From Zygnema circumcarinatum SAG 698-1b (taxonomy: Eukaryota > Plantae > Zygnematophyceae): a DNA stretch of 64,000 nt. Both the position numbers and the translations under genes were made by a program. The stretch covers positions 2,514,880-2,578,879 of the forward strand of contig CM074810.1 in assembly GCA_037447605.1 (NCBI GenBank). Reading direction: 5' to 3'. How positions within the stretch are numbered: the first letter of the stretch is position 1; each line of letters begins with the position of its first letter. Shown here one piece after another: positions 1 through 11,945 of the stretch. The notes below the pieces were generated by a model, which was given only the letters and a program-made list of their open reading frames with translations, did not search any database and was not told the DNA's origin.

Positions 1-612
<612 letters not shown>

Positions 613-2437
613 TAAAAAACCTTGAATTTAAACGGAGCGAGAGAGAGAGAGAAACAGCTTATCAAAAACCTTGAATTTACATGGAGAGAGAGAGGGAGAG
701 AGAGAGAGAGAGGAAAACGAGGGGCGAAAGAGAGAGAGAGAGATTGCTTTAATTCCACCTTTAATGTCGGGCACACTAACAGGTGACGCCTCTTCTTCAA
801 CTCGACGTATTTGGAATTCGCTGAATTTGTTTTTTTGTTTTTCCGTCAGATCAAACACAGATTGTGCATATGCTGATTCCCGGTTTAAGGGTGTTGTTCC
901 TCGGAGGCATTTAAAAAAAAATTTGAATGTGTAGAAGCAGTTGCAGAAGCAGGTGCTTAGAGTTAAAGTAAAGAGTGGTGCTTACATTGGTACCTGCATG
1001 GGGGGGGGACACGTGGCAGGGCTGGCCTGCAAAGACATGGCGGCAGTTCGGAGATAAAAATCTCTCACCTTCTTCAGCTCAATCCTCTCTCTTTATAAAG
1101 CTTCGAACCTCCTCAATTAGTACATAAATACAGCACAGTCATTGAGGGAATGTTAAGAAAACAAAAATAGAAAGAGAGAAAAACCCGACCTGCATAGAGC
1201 CTTAGTGCTTTTGAGGTCATATCGTACCTTGGGCGGCATCCGCAATGCAACAAGAAATTTTTATATAGAAAAAAGCTTTTATTTTTAAGGTCAAGTCTCC
1301 GAGTCACAGGTTTTAGGGTTATTTAATTATTCATAATATGGAATACTTTTTTTGAGTTTTTTACTTCCTGTAAAGAGCTTATATGCAATGATGGGAATGT
1401 TTTCTTTTTCCTCGTTCGCATATAAACAATGTTTTCATTCAAAGGAACATTCGGACCGGTTTCATCATCTCATGTTTCACATGCCTTGAAGGGGAGGGAG
1501 AGCAAATGTGGCTGGGAAGGAGTATGATGTGATGTTTGATTGAGATGCATGGGGATTCAGGGTTCCAGGTTTAGAGTTAAGGGTGTTAGGATTTAGGGTG
1601 TAGGGTGTAAGGTGCAGGGTTTAGGGTAAAAAATCCCAAAAGCCGAAAACAAAATCTGACCGTCGAAAAAAGTGTGTAGCCGAAAAGGTGTAAGTTTGAG
1701 GCAAGAACGAGTACTTCGGCGACATTGTGATCCTGGTGCGGCAGAGTACTTCTTTTTCTTGTTCGTAAGATTTCGTTAAGTCAGACACCCCCTATTACCA
1801 CGGAAAAGAAAACAAGTGGCACTACGGTATTCCACTTGCGGAGTAGTTGCAGGATTTCATCATTTTTTTGTGTGCTTTTTTTACTACTATTAGCAGCTTT
1901 CCAGAGTGTCCTTGGAGAGAGGTGAGACCTGAGAGGCAGGAGGAGCCTTGTTGAGCATTGGAAAGGAAGCTGCGGGCTTAGGCGCCATTAGGGTTAGGGT
2001 TTGGAAGCCTCTCACGAGCTCTCTCGAGGAAGGTGGAAGGCAGGTGTGCTTCGTTCTAGTCTGCAATAGCTGAAAGCAGCATTCTGTAAAGGCATACTTG
2101 GAAAACGTTTGCTTTAGTGAACGTTATCCTTTCTCTCTCTCTTCCCCACCAACCCGGCCCCCCTTTCCTTGTTTCTCCTGGAAGGCTTCGAAGCTCTTTG
2201 TAGGTCTACAATTCTCCCAAAGCATGTGTTGTTTTGGCCACCAGCATGTTCAGTGTCCTCGAGAGCATATTTCAAGGCAAGAGCTATGGATTAGGCTATT
2301 CGTTTAAGTCATTCACTTTCTTGGTTGGAGTAATTGCTTTCCCCCTTTTTCAAATGGAGCGTCAACAATCAAGACTTCCATAAGCTTAGTCCAGTTGTCC
2401 ATTTTTTGTCCTTTGGACAACTTGCTGATTCTTTCAG

Positions 2438-5400
2438 TCGGGAAATGAAAGCATGCAGGTGCAACGTGATGAAGTAAGTGGCCCCAGTTATAATCAGAGT
2501 GGGATTATGGAAGGCGGCATCCTGGCAGCAGAAGAGGGTGGAACGAGCATAATTGCTCTGGAGGAAGCTGGCAATCTGCTAGCACAAGAGCATCAGAAAA
2601 CCATCAATACATTGAACAGCGAAAAGGGAAACGAAAAGAGTGGCAATCTACCAGCACAAGGGAATGGGGCCACCACCAATGAACTGAATGAAGATGGCAT
2701 TCCGCCAGCACAAGAGGTTGAGGCAAAAATCGATGAGTTTGAAGAAGGTGGCAATAAACCAGAACAAGGAATTGAAACTATCAGCAATGTACTGGGGCAA
2801 GCAACTTTGGATGAAACGGCTACGGCTACAGCACTGTATACAACAGTGATGGCGGGTGATTTTTCAACAAATCTTGACGCTTGCAACAAATCTTGACGTA
2901 GCAGTTGAATTTTTACTTTACTTGCTGCCGGAGTCCTCGGGTGTAGAATTGGTGTCGACAATCAAAGAACTGATTTCTACATCGTGAAGGTGGAGTTTAG
3001 TCTCTATTAGAAGTGGGGGGATCAAAACTGTGACAACATTCATGTGAATGTAGCTGTATGTGTTTCAACTACTTAACTTGTTCACTACAAAGTAGAATGT
3101 GATTGTTTAACATGTAAATGGGCATTCAGATGTTCTCGAGATGCCTTAGCAATTTTTTGAAAAATTGTTAGGCTTTGTATGCAGGATTTGGAGGGGTGGT
3201 CAAGGTGGAGCACAAACTTACAGTGGGTGATAAAGTTGAGGTAAGGTCAGCAGTCTATGTTCCTCTTTTGGACAGGACTTTGGTACTCGTTGTTTGTTGT
3301 TGGCATTCAGCTGTTAGTTTTTGGCATTGAGAAAGATGACATATATTGAAACTGATCGTAATTCACGATCTTCAAGTCAACTGGCCATTCCCACAAGAAA
3401 TAGTCCTAAATCGCTTTTAGATTCAACATTCGTTTGGTATAATGCATACGAGCACCTTTCACGCATTTCTTTTTCTCGTCATACTCCGCATGCAAATCGA
3501 CCTAAAATGTACTTTTTGTACATATTTGTCACTTCTGTTCTTTTATCTTTTGACTTGAGGGGATTGCAGGCTTGCACTGAAGAAGCGGGCCTTAAAGGGG
3601 CCTGGTGGAAGGGCAGCATCGAACAGATAGTGAATTCACGAGCTTTGATCTGCTTTGATGATCTCTTGGATGACAATGGTGAGAACAATTTCTCTTTTTA
3701 GTCTGTTGCAATAGTTGGTTGACTTTGGTCCTATTCGTGTAAACTGCTTCCCTGACCTACTTATAGGTGGAACTGAATATCCTTTTCGCGAGCTGTTTCT
3801 TTGTGTTGCTCTAAAGATTGCTCAAGTTCAAAACTTCATTGGCTGTTTTTTTCTCTTTGCAGGAGTTCAAAAATTGAAAGAGTGGTACCCTTTGAATCCA
3901 CCATGGACGATCTCTTTTTCACCAAATGGGGAGCTGCTTGATGAAGTTGAAGGTGATAAAGTGGAAGGTGTGATAACATTGTCAAGAAAAGTGCGCCCAA
4001 TTTCACCTATTGAGTCGTTTGAAGTAATCGGAAAGAAGAGGAAAAGCGTCACAAGCAATACTCCCAAGCTCACACGAGGAGATCAGATTGAAGTTCACAT
4101 TGATGATGCGTAAGTAAAAGCATTCTCAATGATGGGTGACTTCAAGTTGCGGTCCTCAGTAATTTATTGCTGAAGTTCTGTTATTATTATGCGTGTTTTA
4201 TTCTTTTTGTTTTTACCATTGTTGACACGCGTGTGTTTTTAAACAAGTTGAAACTTGTTGCAAACTGGTGCCATCACCTTTTCTGCATCTTAACACATTT
4301 AAGCTTTGTTAGGTCCTTTAGTTTGCTATGACCCAAGTTTTTGTCAATTTGGTGCCTTGACAAGGTTTAGCAACTTTGATTGAGCTGCTGTTGTATGTGC
4401 ACTCTTCTCTTCAAAGGAAGTTCGGAGTGAAGTTCCACACTTTCTCTGGTTTTCAAGCCCCAATGCAAGCCCTTTAGGGTTTAGGGATAAGGGTTTAGTG
4501 TTAACGGTTTAGGGTTTAAGGTTAGGGACATAGCCAATTGCTTTCTCAACCATCATGCAAAGTAAGTTGGACTCGCGACTGTTTGTCGTCCGTAACAGAG
4601 GAATATGAGTGTCGCATTTGCAAATGTGGGGGTGAAGCCAAGGAGGTGATTGACCCATCATACTGTGTGCTGGTGAATGCTAATGTGCAGATGGTGGGAA
4701 GCAGTTGTGACATCTGCAAGTGGCAAAGGGGTCTCTGTCTACTATCCTGGTACGTGAGATGTGTGAAGTCGGAGGTGATGATCCGTTACTATCTATGGTC
4801 ATATGTGCGATAAGCGAAGACAATTAGATAATGTTCACCTACCCCAACGCAAGAGGGCTCCTTCAATTCAGCTCTTGCATCCTTCAATTCAGATTCTGCA
4901 TCCTTCAATTCAAATTCTGCATCCTTCAATTCAGATTCTGCATCCTTCAATTCAGATTCTGCATCCTTCAATTCAGATCCTGCATCCTTCAATTCAGATT
5001 CTGCATCCTTCAATTCAAATCCTGCATCCTTCAATTCAGATTCTGCATCCTTCAATTCAGATCCTGCATCCTTCAATTCAGATTCTACATCCTTCAATTC
5101 AGATCCTGCATCCTTCAATTCAAATCCTGCATCCTTCAATTCAGATTCTGCATGCTTCAATTCAAATCCTGCATACTTCAATTCAGATCCTGCATCCTTC
5201 AATTCAGATTCTGCATCCTTCAATTCAAATCCTGTATACTTAAATTCAGATTCTGCATGCTTCAATTCAAATCCTGCATACTTCAATTCAGATCCTGCAT
5301 CCTTCAATTCAGATTCTGCATCCTTCAATTCAGATTCTGCATCCTTCAATTCAGATCCTGCATCCTTCAATTCAGATTCTACATCCTTCAATTCAGATCC

Positions 5401-8400
5401 TGCATCCTTCAATTCAGATCCTGCATCCTTCATGTCAGATTCTGCATCGTACAATTCAGATGCATCCTTCAATTCAGATTCTGCATCCTTCAATTCAGAT
5501 TCTGCATCCTTCAATTCAGTCCTGCATCCTTCAATTCAGATTCTGCATCCTTCAATTCAGATTCTGCATCCTTCAATTCAGATCCTGCATCCTTCAAGTC
5601 AGATTCTGCATCCTTCAATTCAGATTCCGCATCCTTCAAGTCAGATTCTGCAACATTCAATTCAGATCCTGCATCCTTCAATTCAGATTCTGCATCCTTC
5701 AATTCAGATCCTGCATCCTTCCATTCAGATTCTGCATCCTTCAATTCAGATTCTGCATCCTTCAATTCAGATTTCAATTCAGATTCTGCATCCTTCAATT
5801 CAGATTCTACATCCTTCAATTTCAGATTCTGCATCCTTCAATTCAGATTCTGCATCCTTCAATTCAGATTCTGCATCCTTCAATTCAGATTCTGCATCCT
5901 TCAATTCAGATCCTGCATCCTTCAATTCAGATTCTGCATCCTTCAATTCAGATTCTGCATCCTTCAATTCAGATTCTGCATCCTTCAATTCAGATTCATC
6001 CTTCAATTCATTCTGCATCCTTCAATTCAGATTCTGCATCCTTCAATTCAGATTCATCCTTCAATTCAGATCCTGCATCCTTCAATTCAGATTCTGCATC
6101 CTTCAATTCAGATTCTGCATCCTTCAATTCAGATTCTGCATCCTTCAATTCAGATTCTGCATCCTTCAATTCAGATCCTGCATCCTTCAATTCAGATTCT
6201 GCATCCTTCAATTCAGATTCTGCATCCTTCAATTCAGATTCTGCATCCTTCAATTCAGATCCTGCATCCTTCAATTCAGATTCTGCATCCTTCAATTCAG
6301 ATCCTGCATCCTTCAATTCAGATTCTGATCATCCTTCAATTCAGATTCTGCATCCTTCAATTCAGATTGCATCCTTCAATTCAGATTCTGCATCCTTCAA
6401 TTCAGATTCTGCATCCTTCAATTCAGATTCTGCATCCTTCAATTCAGATCCTGCATCCTTCAATTCAGATTCTCTGCATCCTTCAATTCAGATTCCTGCA
6501 TCCTTCAATTCAGATTCTGCATCCTTCAATTCAGATTCTGCATCCTTCAATTCAGATTCTGCATCCTTCAATTCAGATTCTGCATCCTTCAATTCAGATC
6601 CTTCAATTCAGATCCTGCATCCTTCAATTCAGATTCTGCATCCTTCAGTTCAGATTCTGCATCCTTCAATTCAGATTCTGCATCCTTCAATTCAGATTCT
6701 ACATCCTTCAATTCAGATTCCGCATCGTTCATTTCAGATCCTGCATCCTTCAATTCAGATTCTGCATCCTTCAATTCAGATTCTGCATCCTTCAATTCAG
6801 ATTCTGCATCCTTCAATTCAGATTCTGCATCCTTCAATTCAGATTCTGCATCCTTCAATTCAGATTCTGCATCCTTCATTTCAGATTCTGCATCCTTCAA
6901 TTCAGATTCTGCATCCTTCAATTCAGATTCTGCATCCTTCAATTCAGATTCTGCATCCTTCAATTCAGATTCTTCATCCTTCAATTCAGATTCTGCATCC
7001 TTCAATTCAGATTCTACATCCTTCAATTCAGATTCCGCATCGTTCATTTCAGATCCTGCATCCTTCAATTCAGATTCTGCATCCTTCAATTCAGATTCTG
7101 CCAACTTCTTTCCTTACTTGCAGGAGAAGACGAACGTGATTCCATCCGATTCTTTACTGCACGTCAAAGCTTGACATTCCAAGAAGGTTTTTGGCAAATC
7201 AACACACAGAAAAGTGTTATACCTTCGGTGAGTCTTGATTCAAATCACAAATTAGCTTTAAAGGAGGGAGCTCTCTGCACGGTCTCATCCATTCTCTTAA
7301 AATATGAATGCGAAAGTTTTTTGTATTAAACTGCCCTTTGGTACAACGGCAACTTTCTGCTTGCTCACTCTGCTCTTGTCTGGCCGTTCAAAGAAAAAAA
7401 GAAGAAGAATCTTTCGAGATTTAATCTGATACTTAGCAGTATTCCAATAATCTGTGGGGATGTTCAAACAGTTACTGACTGGGTGTAGTTGCAAGATGTT
7501 TAATGTGTTTTGACATTTTTCACTCTTGCATTGCTTCTTGTTCCTTCTGCTCTTGTTAGGAGTCAAAGCTGAAATCTCCTTCAACTGAAAAATCCGAAGT
7601 CAAGTTGGGACAATCGATGGAGAAGGCTGTGGGGTCTCCGGGAAAGAAATCCGCCCATAAGAAACGATCAAAGAAAGGAAAAGTGGCAATGTCAACAAAA
7701 GAAGAATCCGCAATGATTCAAACGAGCAGTGAAGAAGTCAAGGAAGCAACGGTGGAAACCATAGTTCTCAAAGGTAAGAAATCGACGTCGGCTGTGGTGA
7801 AAACACCCTCTAAGAATGTGCCTGCTGCGAAGAAACCACGAGGTGAAGTTCAAGAGGAACGTGATATGAAGCATTTATCTGAATCTGGTCGACGTAAGAG
7901 GAAACTAGTGACTAAAACTGAAAAGGAATCTCCACTCCCAGCGTTTGACACTCCAAGCCCCTCTCGCCGCCGTTCTAAAGTTGCGAAAGACTCTTCAGAA
8001 CAAGCAGTCCAAACCCCACGAAATCAGATCATAATTGTAAGTGCTGCTAGAGTATCCAAATCGTCTGTTTTTACAAACCCTGCCAGTCCAGATGAAGAGC
8101 ATCCTGCCAAACGAATGAAGCTGAGGAAGAAGGGGCTGGTCACCAAGGAGTCTGAACCCATAAGCCCTTCACCAGCATCTGTTTCGAGAAAGGGCAAGAA
8201 AGTTCAAGAAGGAACTCCTCTAGTGAGTAGGGCTAGCATTGCTAGAATTACTCGAAGCAAAGGACCAGCTCCGGCTCCGGCAGAGGCTGTCAAGCAGGCT
8301 TTAGCGGAGATCAAGTCAGCTTTAGCAGAGTCACCTGCGGCTAAGTCAAAAGTGAATCGAGGTCGTAAGGGCAAAGTGGCTAAGTCAGCAGTCAATCGAG

Positions 8401-8486
8401 CTCGAAAGGGCAAAGCGGCTAAGTCAAAAGTGAATCGAGCTCGAAAGAGCAGCCTTAGGTCTGCGGTTCATCGAAAGCGAGCTTGA
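2438..8486 (+). CDS. Tandem Agenet/Tudor-domain protein with Lys/Ser/Arg-rich C-terminus (5' end not resolved)
   Basis: Phase-consistent GT-AG exons: 2438-2855, 3185-3240, 3570-3678, 3863-4109, 4691-4749, 7124-7227, 7560-8486. The spliced product reads KLTVGDKVE|ACTEEAGLKGAWWKGSIEQ...FDDLLDDNG|...KLKEW...KVRP...GDQIEVHIDDA|WWEAVV...VSVYYPG|EDERDS...RQSLTFQEGFW. This matches two plant Agenet repeats (GDxVEV..EEG..GAW; D.WW.G.V; LR....W.DG.W). Confidence 0.8.
4856..7101. repeat. 21-bp minisatellite (GCATCCTTCAATTCAGATTCT)n, about 105 copies, intronic
   Basis: Tandem unit read directly. It lies inside the 4750-7123 GT-AG intron of the Agenet gene. Confidence 0.97.
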
Positions 8487-9594
8487 GCGAGTTGCGTTGA
8501 GAAAGCAAGAGTACGCAATTGCTGCCAATGTTGGGTAGAGTGGTGATGTAGATATGGCTTTACCAGATGTCATGATGCCGTTGCCATAAATTGGGTTTTT
8601 AGGGTCCGCTGTCCAATTGGGACTCTATCGAAAAGGGTTGACGGATAGTGTTGGATACTTACAACTTTTCAGGGTCATAAGCGCTCTATAGAGATTTTTT
8701 GATCTTTTGGTCTTTTGATTTTTCGATCGTTTGTTTAGGAGTGAAAAAAACGAAAGTTTGATGTCTATATGCTTTTCACAAACATTTGAAACCCCCTGTG
8801 TGTACAAAAAAGTACTAAATTTTTTGATGCTTTCGCATGCTATGACAATCACAGGTTTGAAACTCCCCGTTTGTGCTCTTACAAAGTATTTTGCGATAGT
8901 TTTATTCGACGCTGTTGATATGTATACATGGTATGTGAGAGTCGTGTTTTTTTTAATTAAGCAAACTTTGCCTTCAGCAAGGTTTGAACCCTCGATCTCC
9001 CGACATTTACATTGCCAATTGTGTTCTTTAACCATAAAAGAGCCATGGCAAATGGCCATGGCCATACCCCCCCTTGCTGCCGTCGCCTCTGCTGCGGCCA
9101 CGTGGCAGCACCTCGTTGCCTCTCCCCCGGGTTCCTTGTGATCACTGTGGCAGTTATTTCCGTCTTGTCTCGACATACATATGCGCGCGTGTCTCCTTCG
9201 TCCTACTCCCTTTTCTGTTTAACAAGTTGCATTCAAGTGCTTGTGTTGTGTTCAAGGCCTTTCATCACTTGGACCTACAAATCGTTGACCACACAACAGT
9301 GTAGGCAATCCGTACCATGCTTAAGGATCATGGTGTTTTTATAGTGGATTGCAATTACCCATTTTTTGGCTCTGATATGACTGTCACGAACTCGTGGATG
9401 TGTTCTGACGATTAAAAGTCAACCGCGGGTGTACATTTTAGACCATACACTTGGCGGCATAAGAACGTCAATGGTGCCATAATAGGAGACATTTATTGAA
9501 AGAGAATAATGGGAGAATAAAATGTAGGAGGCTCTTTCCTTTGTCCTTAGGTCCATTGGGTCCAGTTAGTTCCTCATAGTTTCCCATGATGTTG

Positions 9595-9750
9595 ATTTTG
9601 TCTTTTTTTGAAGGGCTTGGACATCTTTTGTCGTTTTGTGAAGGCCTTGGACTGGGAGGGGTGCCCTATTTTGTCGTTTTGTGAAGGGCCTGAACAGAAT
9701 GGATGTCATCTTTTGTCGTTTTGTGAAAGGTTTTGGACTGGGAGGGATCC
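9595..9750. repeat. Short interspersed direct repeats TTTTGTCGTTTTGTGAAGG x3-4
   Basis: Copies near 9626, 9671 and 9711 plus a degenerate copy near 9597; TTGGACTGGGAGGG occurs twice. Confidence 0.75.
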
Positions 9751-10466
9751 TAAATTCTGAATCTTACCGACATTTTCGAGATTGCACCGACAATTCGAAC
9801 TTTCGCCGACACATTAGCAGAAGCTAGAAGCGGGGAAGCAGAAAATCCAAAGTAATGTTGTCGGTGGGATAGCCGACCGACAATTCAAAACTTTCATTGT
9901 CACGTAAACATATGCTTGGAAGCACAAACCCCAATAATGTGTTGTCGACAGGGTGGTGCACGGACATTCTCAAGTCCAGCACGGCAGATCTCACCGACGC
10001 TACACGTCAAATTTCGGATTCACAACCAGCCGGCTAGTCCGAGTGGATTGTGCCACCGACATCCACGTCAGACTCACAGTGCCACGGGGACTTGTGATGT
10101 GCATTTGAGGGCCTAAAGGACGGTATGCGCACATACTATACGGATTGTACAGCACGACCTTAGGATCATAATTGAAAAATAAAATACTCCGGAAAAAATT
10201 GACATAATTGAATTTCTTTGGGGATAAAAGCGGCCAGTTTCCACATACAAAGACGTTTCCTTGTTGCGAAAGTGCGAAATAGCATCAGCCAATAGTAATC
10301 TGCCACGTGTCGTACTGTACACGTGGCCCATTTCCATTGGAAGGTGGTCGGTCAATAGTAAAAGGATGAAGGGATGAAGGTCGAGAAAGGCTGTCAGAGA
10401 GGGAGAGGAAGCCTAAAAACCCTACAAGCTGTGGGGGACCAAGAGGACGGTAAGGGGTCCCTGCGG

Positions 10467-10741
10467 AGAGGGAGAGGGAGAGGGAGAGGGAGAGGGAGAG
10501 GGAGAGGGAGGGGGAGGGGGAGGGGAAGGGAGGGAGAGGGACAGAGAGGAGCAGTCTCCTGCTTCTCTGGGCAGAGAAAATTTAATTGATTACTTTCTGA
10601 AGCCCCTCGACAACTTTTTATATTTTCTTAAAAGAGTAGAGGCAGGAGACTGCTCCTACCTGTTCCTCTCCCTCCTCCCCTCTCCCTCTCCCTCTCCCTC
10701 TCCCTCTCCCTCTCCCTCTCCCTCTCCCTCTCCCTCTCCCT
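10467..10741. repeat. Imperfect inverted repeat (GA-rich arm / CT-rich arm) with an AT-rich spacer of about 70 nt
   Basis: The non-microsatellite core GGAGAGGGACAGAGAGGAGCAGTCTCCTGCTTCT (about 10533-10566) matches the reverse complement of about 10638-10672. Confidence 0.7.
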
Positions 10742-11945
10742 TTCGTCCAAGCTCCTCCTGCCGCTACCTTCCCCTACCCCGCCTTCCATTCCCATGTCTA
10801 GCTTTGAAGAAGTACTAGGATTGGGTCTGCAGTTAGTTGCAGGAGGAGGACAGCTGGCAGCGAAGGAAGAGAACAGTCCGGGCTTAGAGGGAGAGCTCCC
10901 TCTCCCCAAGTACTCTCGCGCATGCATTCCGTCTAGGAGGGCAGCAAGCTTCCTGCCATGGCCAGCAGCCATGGAGTGAGGCTGGCCGCCTCTCGCCTTC
11001 TTTTTTTTGGAGGGATTTGAGACGGCTACAAGCTGAAGGTTCGCAACTCAATAGCAAGCATTCACATTATTTTTGCAAAAGCGAAATTTTATGCACAAAT
11101 CAGGATGGAAACGACAGATAAAGAGAAAAGAGATGTACATTAATAAGATGGAAAACAAAAACATTTCCTTGGACTGAACAAGTCCTTAAGTAAAAACTAA
11201 AACATATGACCCCAGAAAATACTTAAACTATCGCAAAACAATATTTATAGCCCCAAAATATGATGAGATCACTTCAGAAAACCCAAATGACCCTGCTTAT
11301 CTAATCTCCCTTAATCCTCCATTAATGCTATACCCTTATGTCTGATAGAATATTCGCTCTCAGTTGAAAGGTTGCAAAAGCAACTGTCAGAAGCCTTTTC
11401 TGAGATGAACTGCTTGAACTTTTGTGCGGATTAGAGATCGTCCTCTCTATCTCCCGCTTGCAATTCCAGCAGAAACCGCAATCACATTCACCTCAAAATG
11501 TGAAAAATCCTTCCTTTAAGCGGTGGTTCCACAAGGATTGCCTGCAAAGGTCCACCCCCAATGCGAGTCAGCGAAACATACTTGATCTGTTGTTTCAGAA
11601 CAGAAAGGGAAACGGAATCAGAGGTAAATAAAATGGACCTGATGTTCACGCCCTATCGTTACCCTCCCGGATGTCAAGGTTGGATTAGGGTTAGGGTTCG
11701 GGTTAGGGTTAGGGTAAGGGTTAGGACTAGGTTTAAGAGCCGTGCTCTATATGACACAGTTCAGTTTAGTTTAGAAATCTATCCAATGCATTCTGGTCAC
11801 ATACAGAATCTGTTTTTGCAGATGTGATATGTCCTGGCAAACTGTTGAACCTAAACTCAGCTAAACCACCATGAGAGTTCGGCCCTTAGGAAAAGTATTG
11901 ACTTTAGAGTTGACTTTAGAGTTAAACTCTAGAGTTGAACCCCAC

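Noticed and set aside
855-895. DCAYADSRFKG resembling a PAN C-exon start
   Set aside because: Match too short; no CC..C or C.LK downstream.
4789-5514. (ELKDAES)n coiled-coil gene on -
   Set aside because: Lies in a minisatellite; variants are non-synonymous in this frame and indels break it repeatedly; no promoter or splice support.
4856-7101. CRISPR-like array (also considered for 45950-46389)
   Set aside because: Head-to-tail repeats with no unique spacers, no cas genes, eukaryotic context.
10628-10972. ORF as terminal exon of PAN paralog 1
   Set aside because: No good phase-1 acceptor, it runs into microsatellite, and other paralogs appear to end with very short tails.
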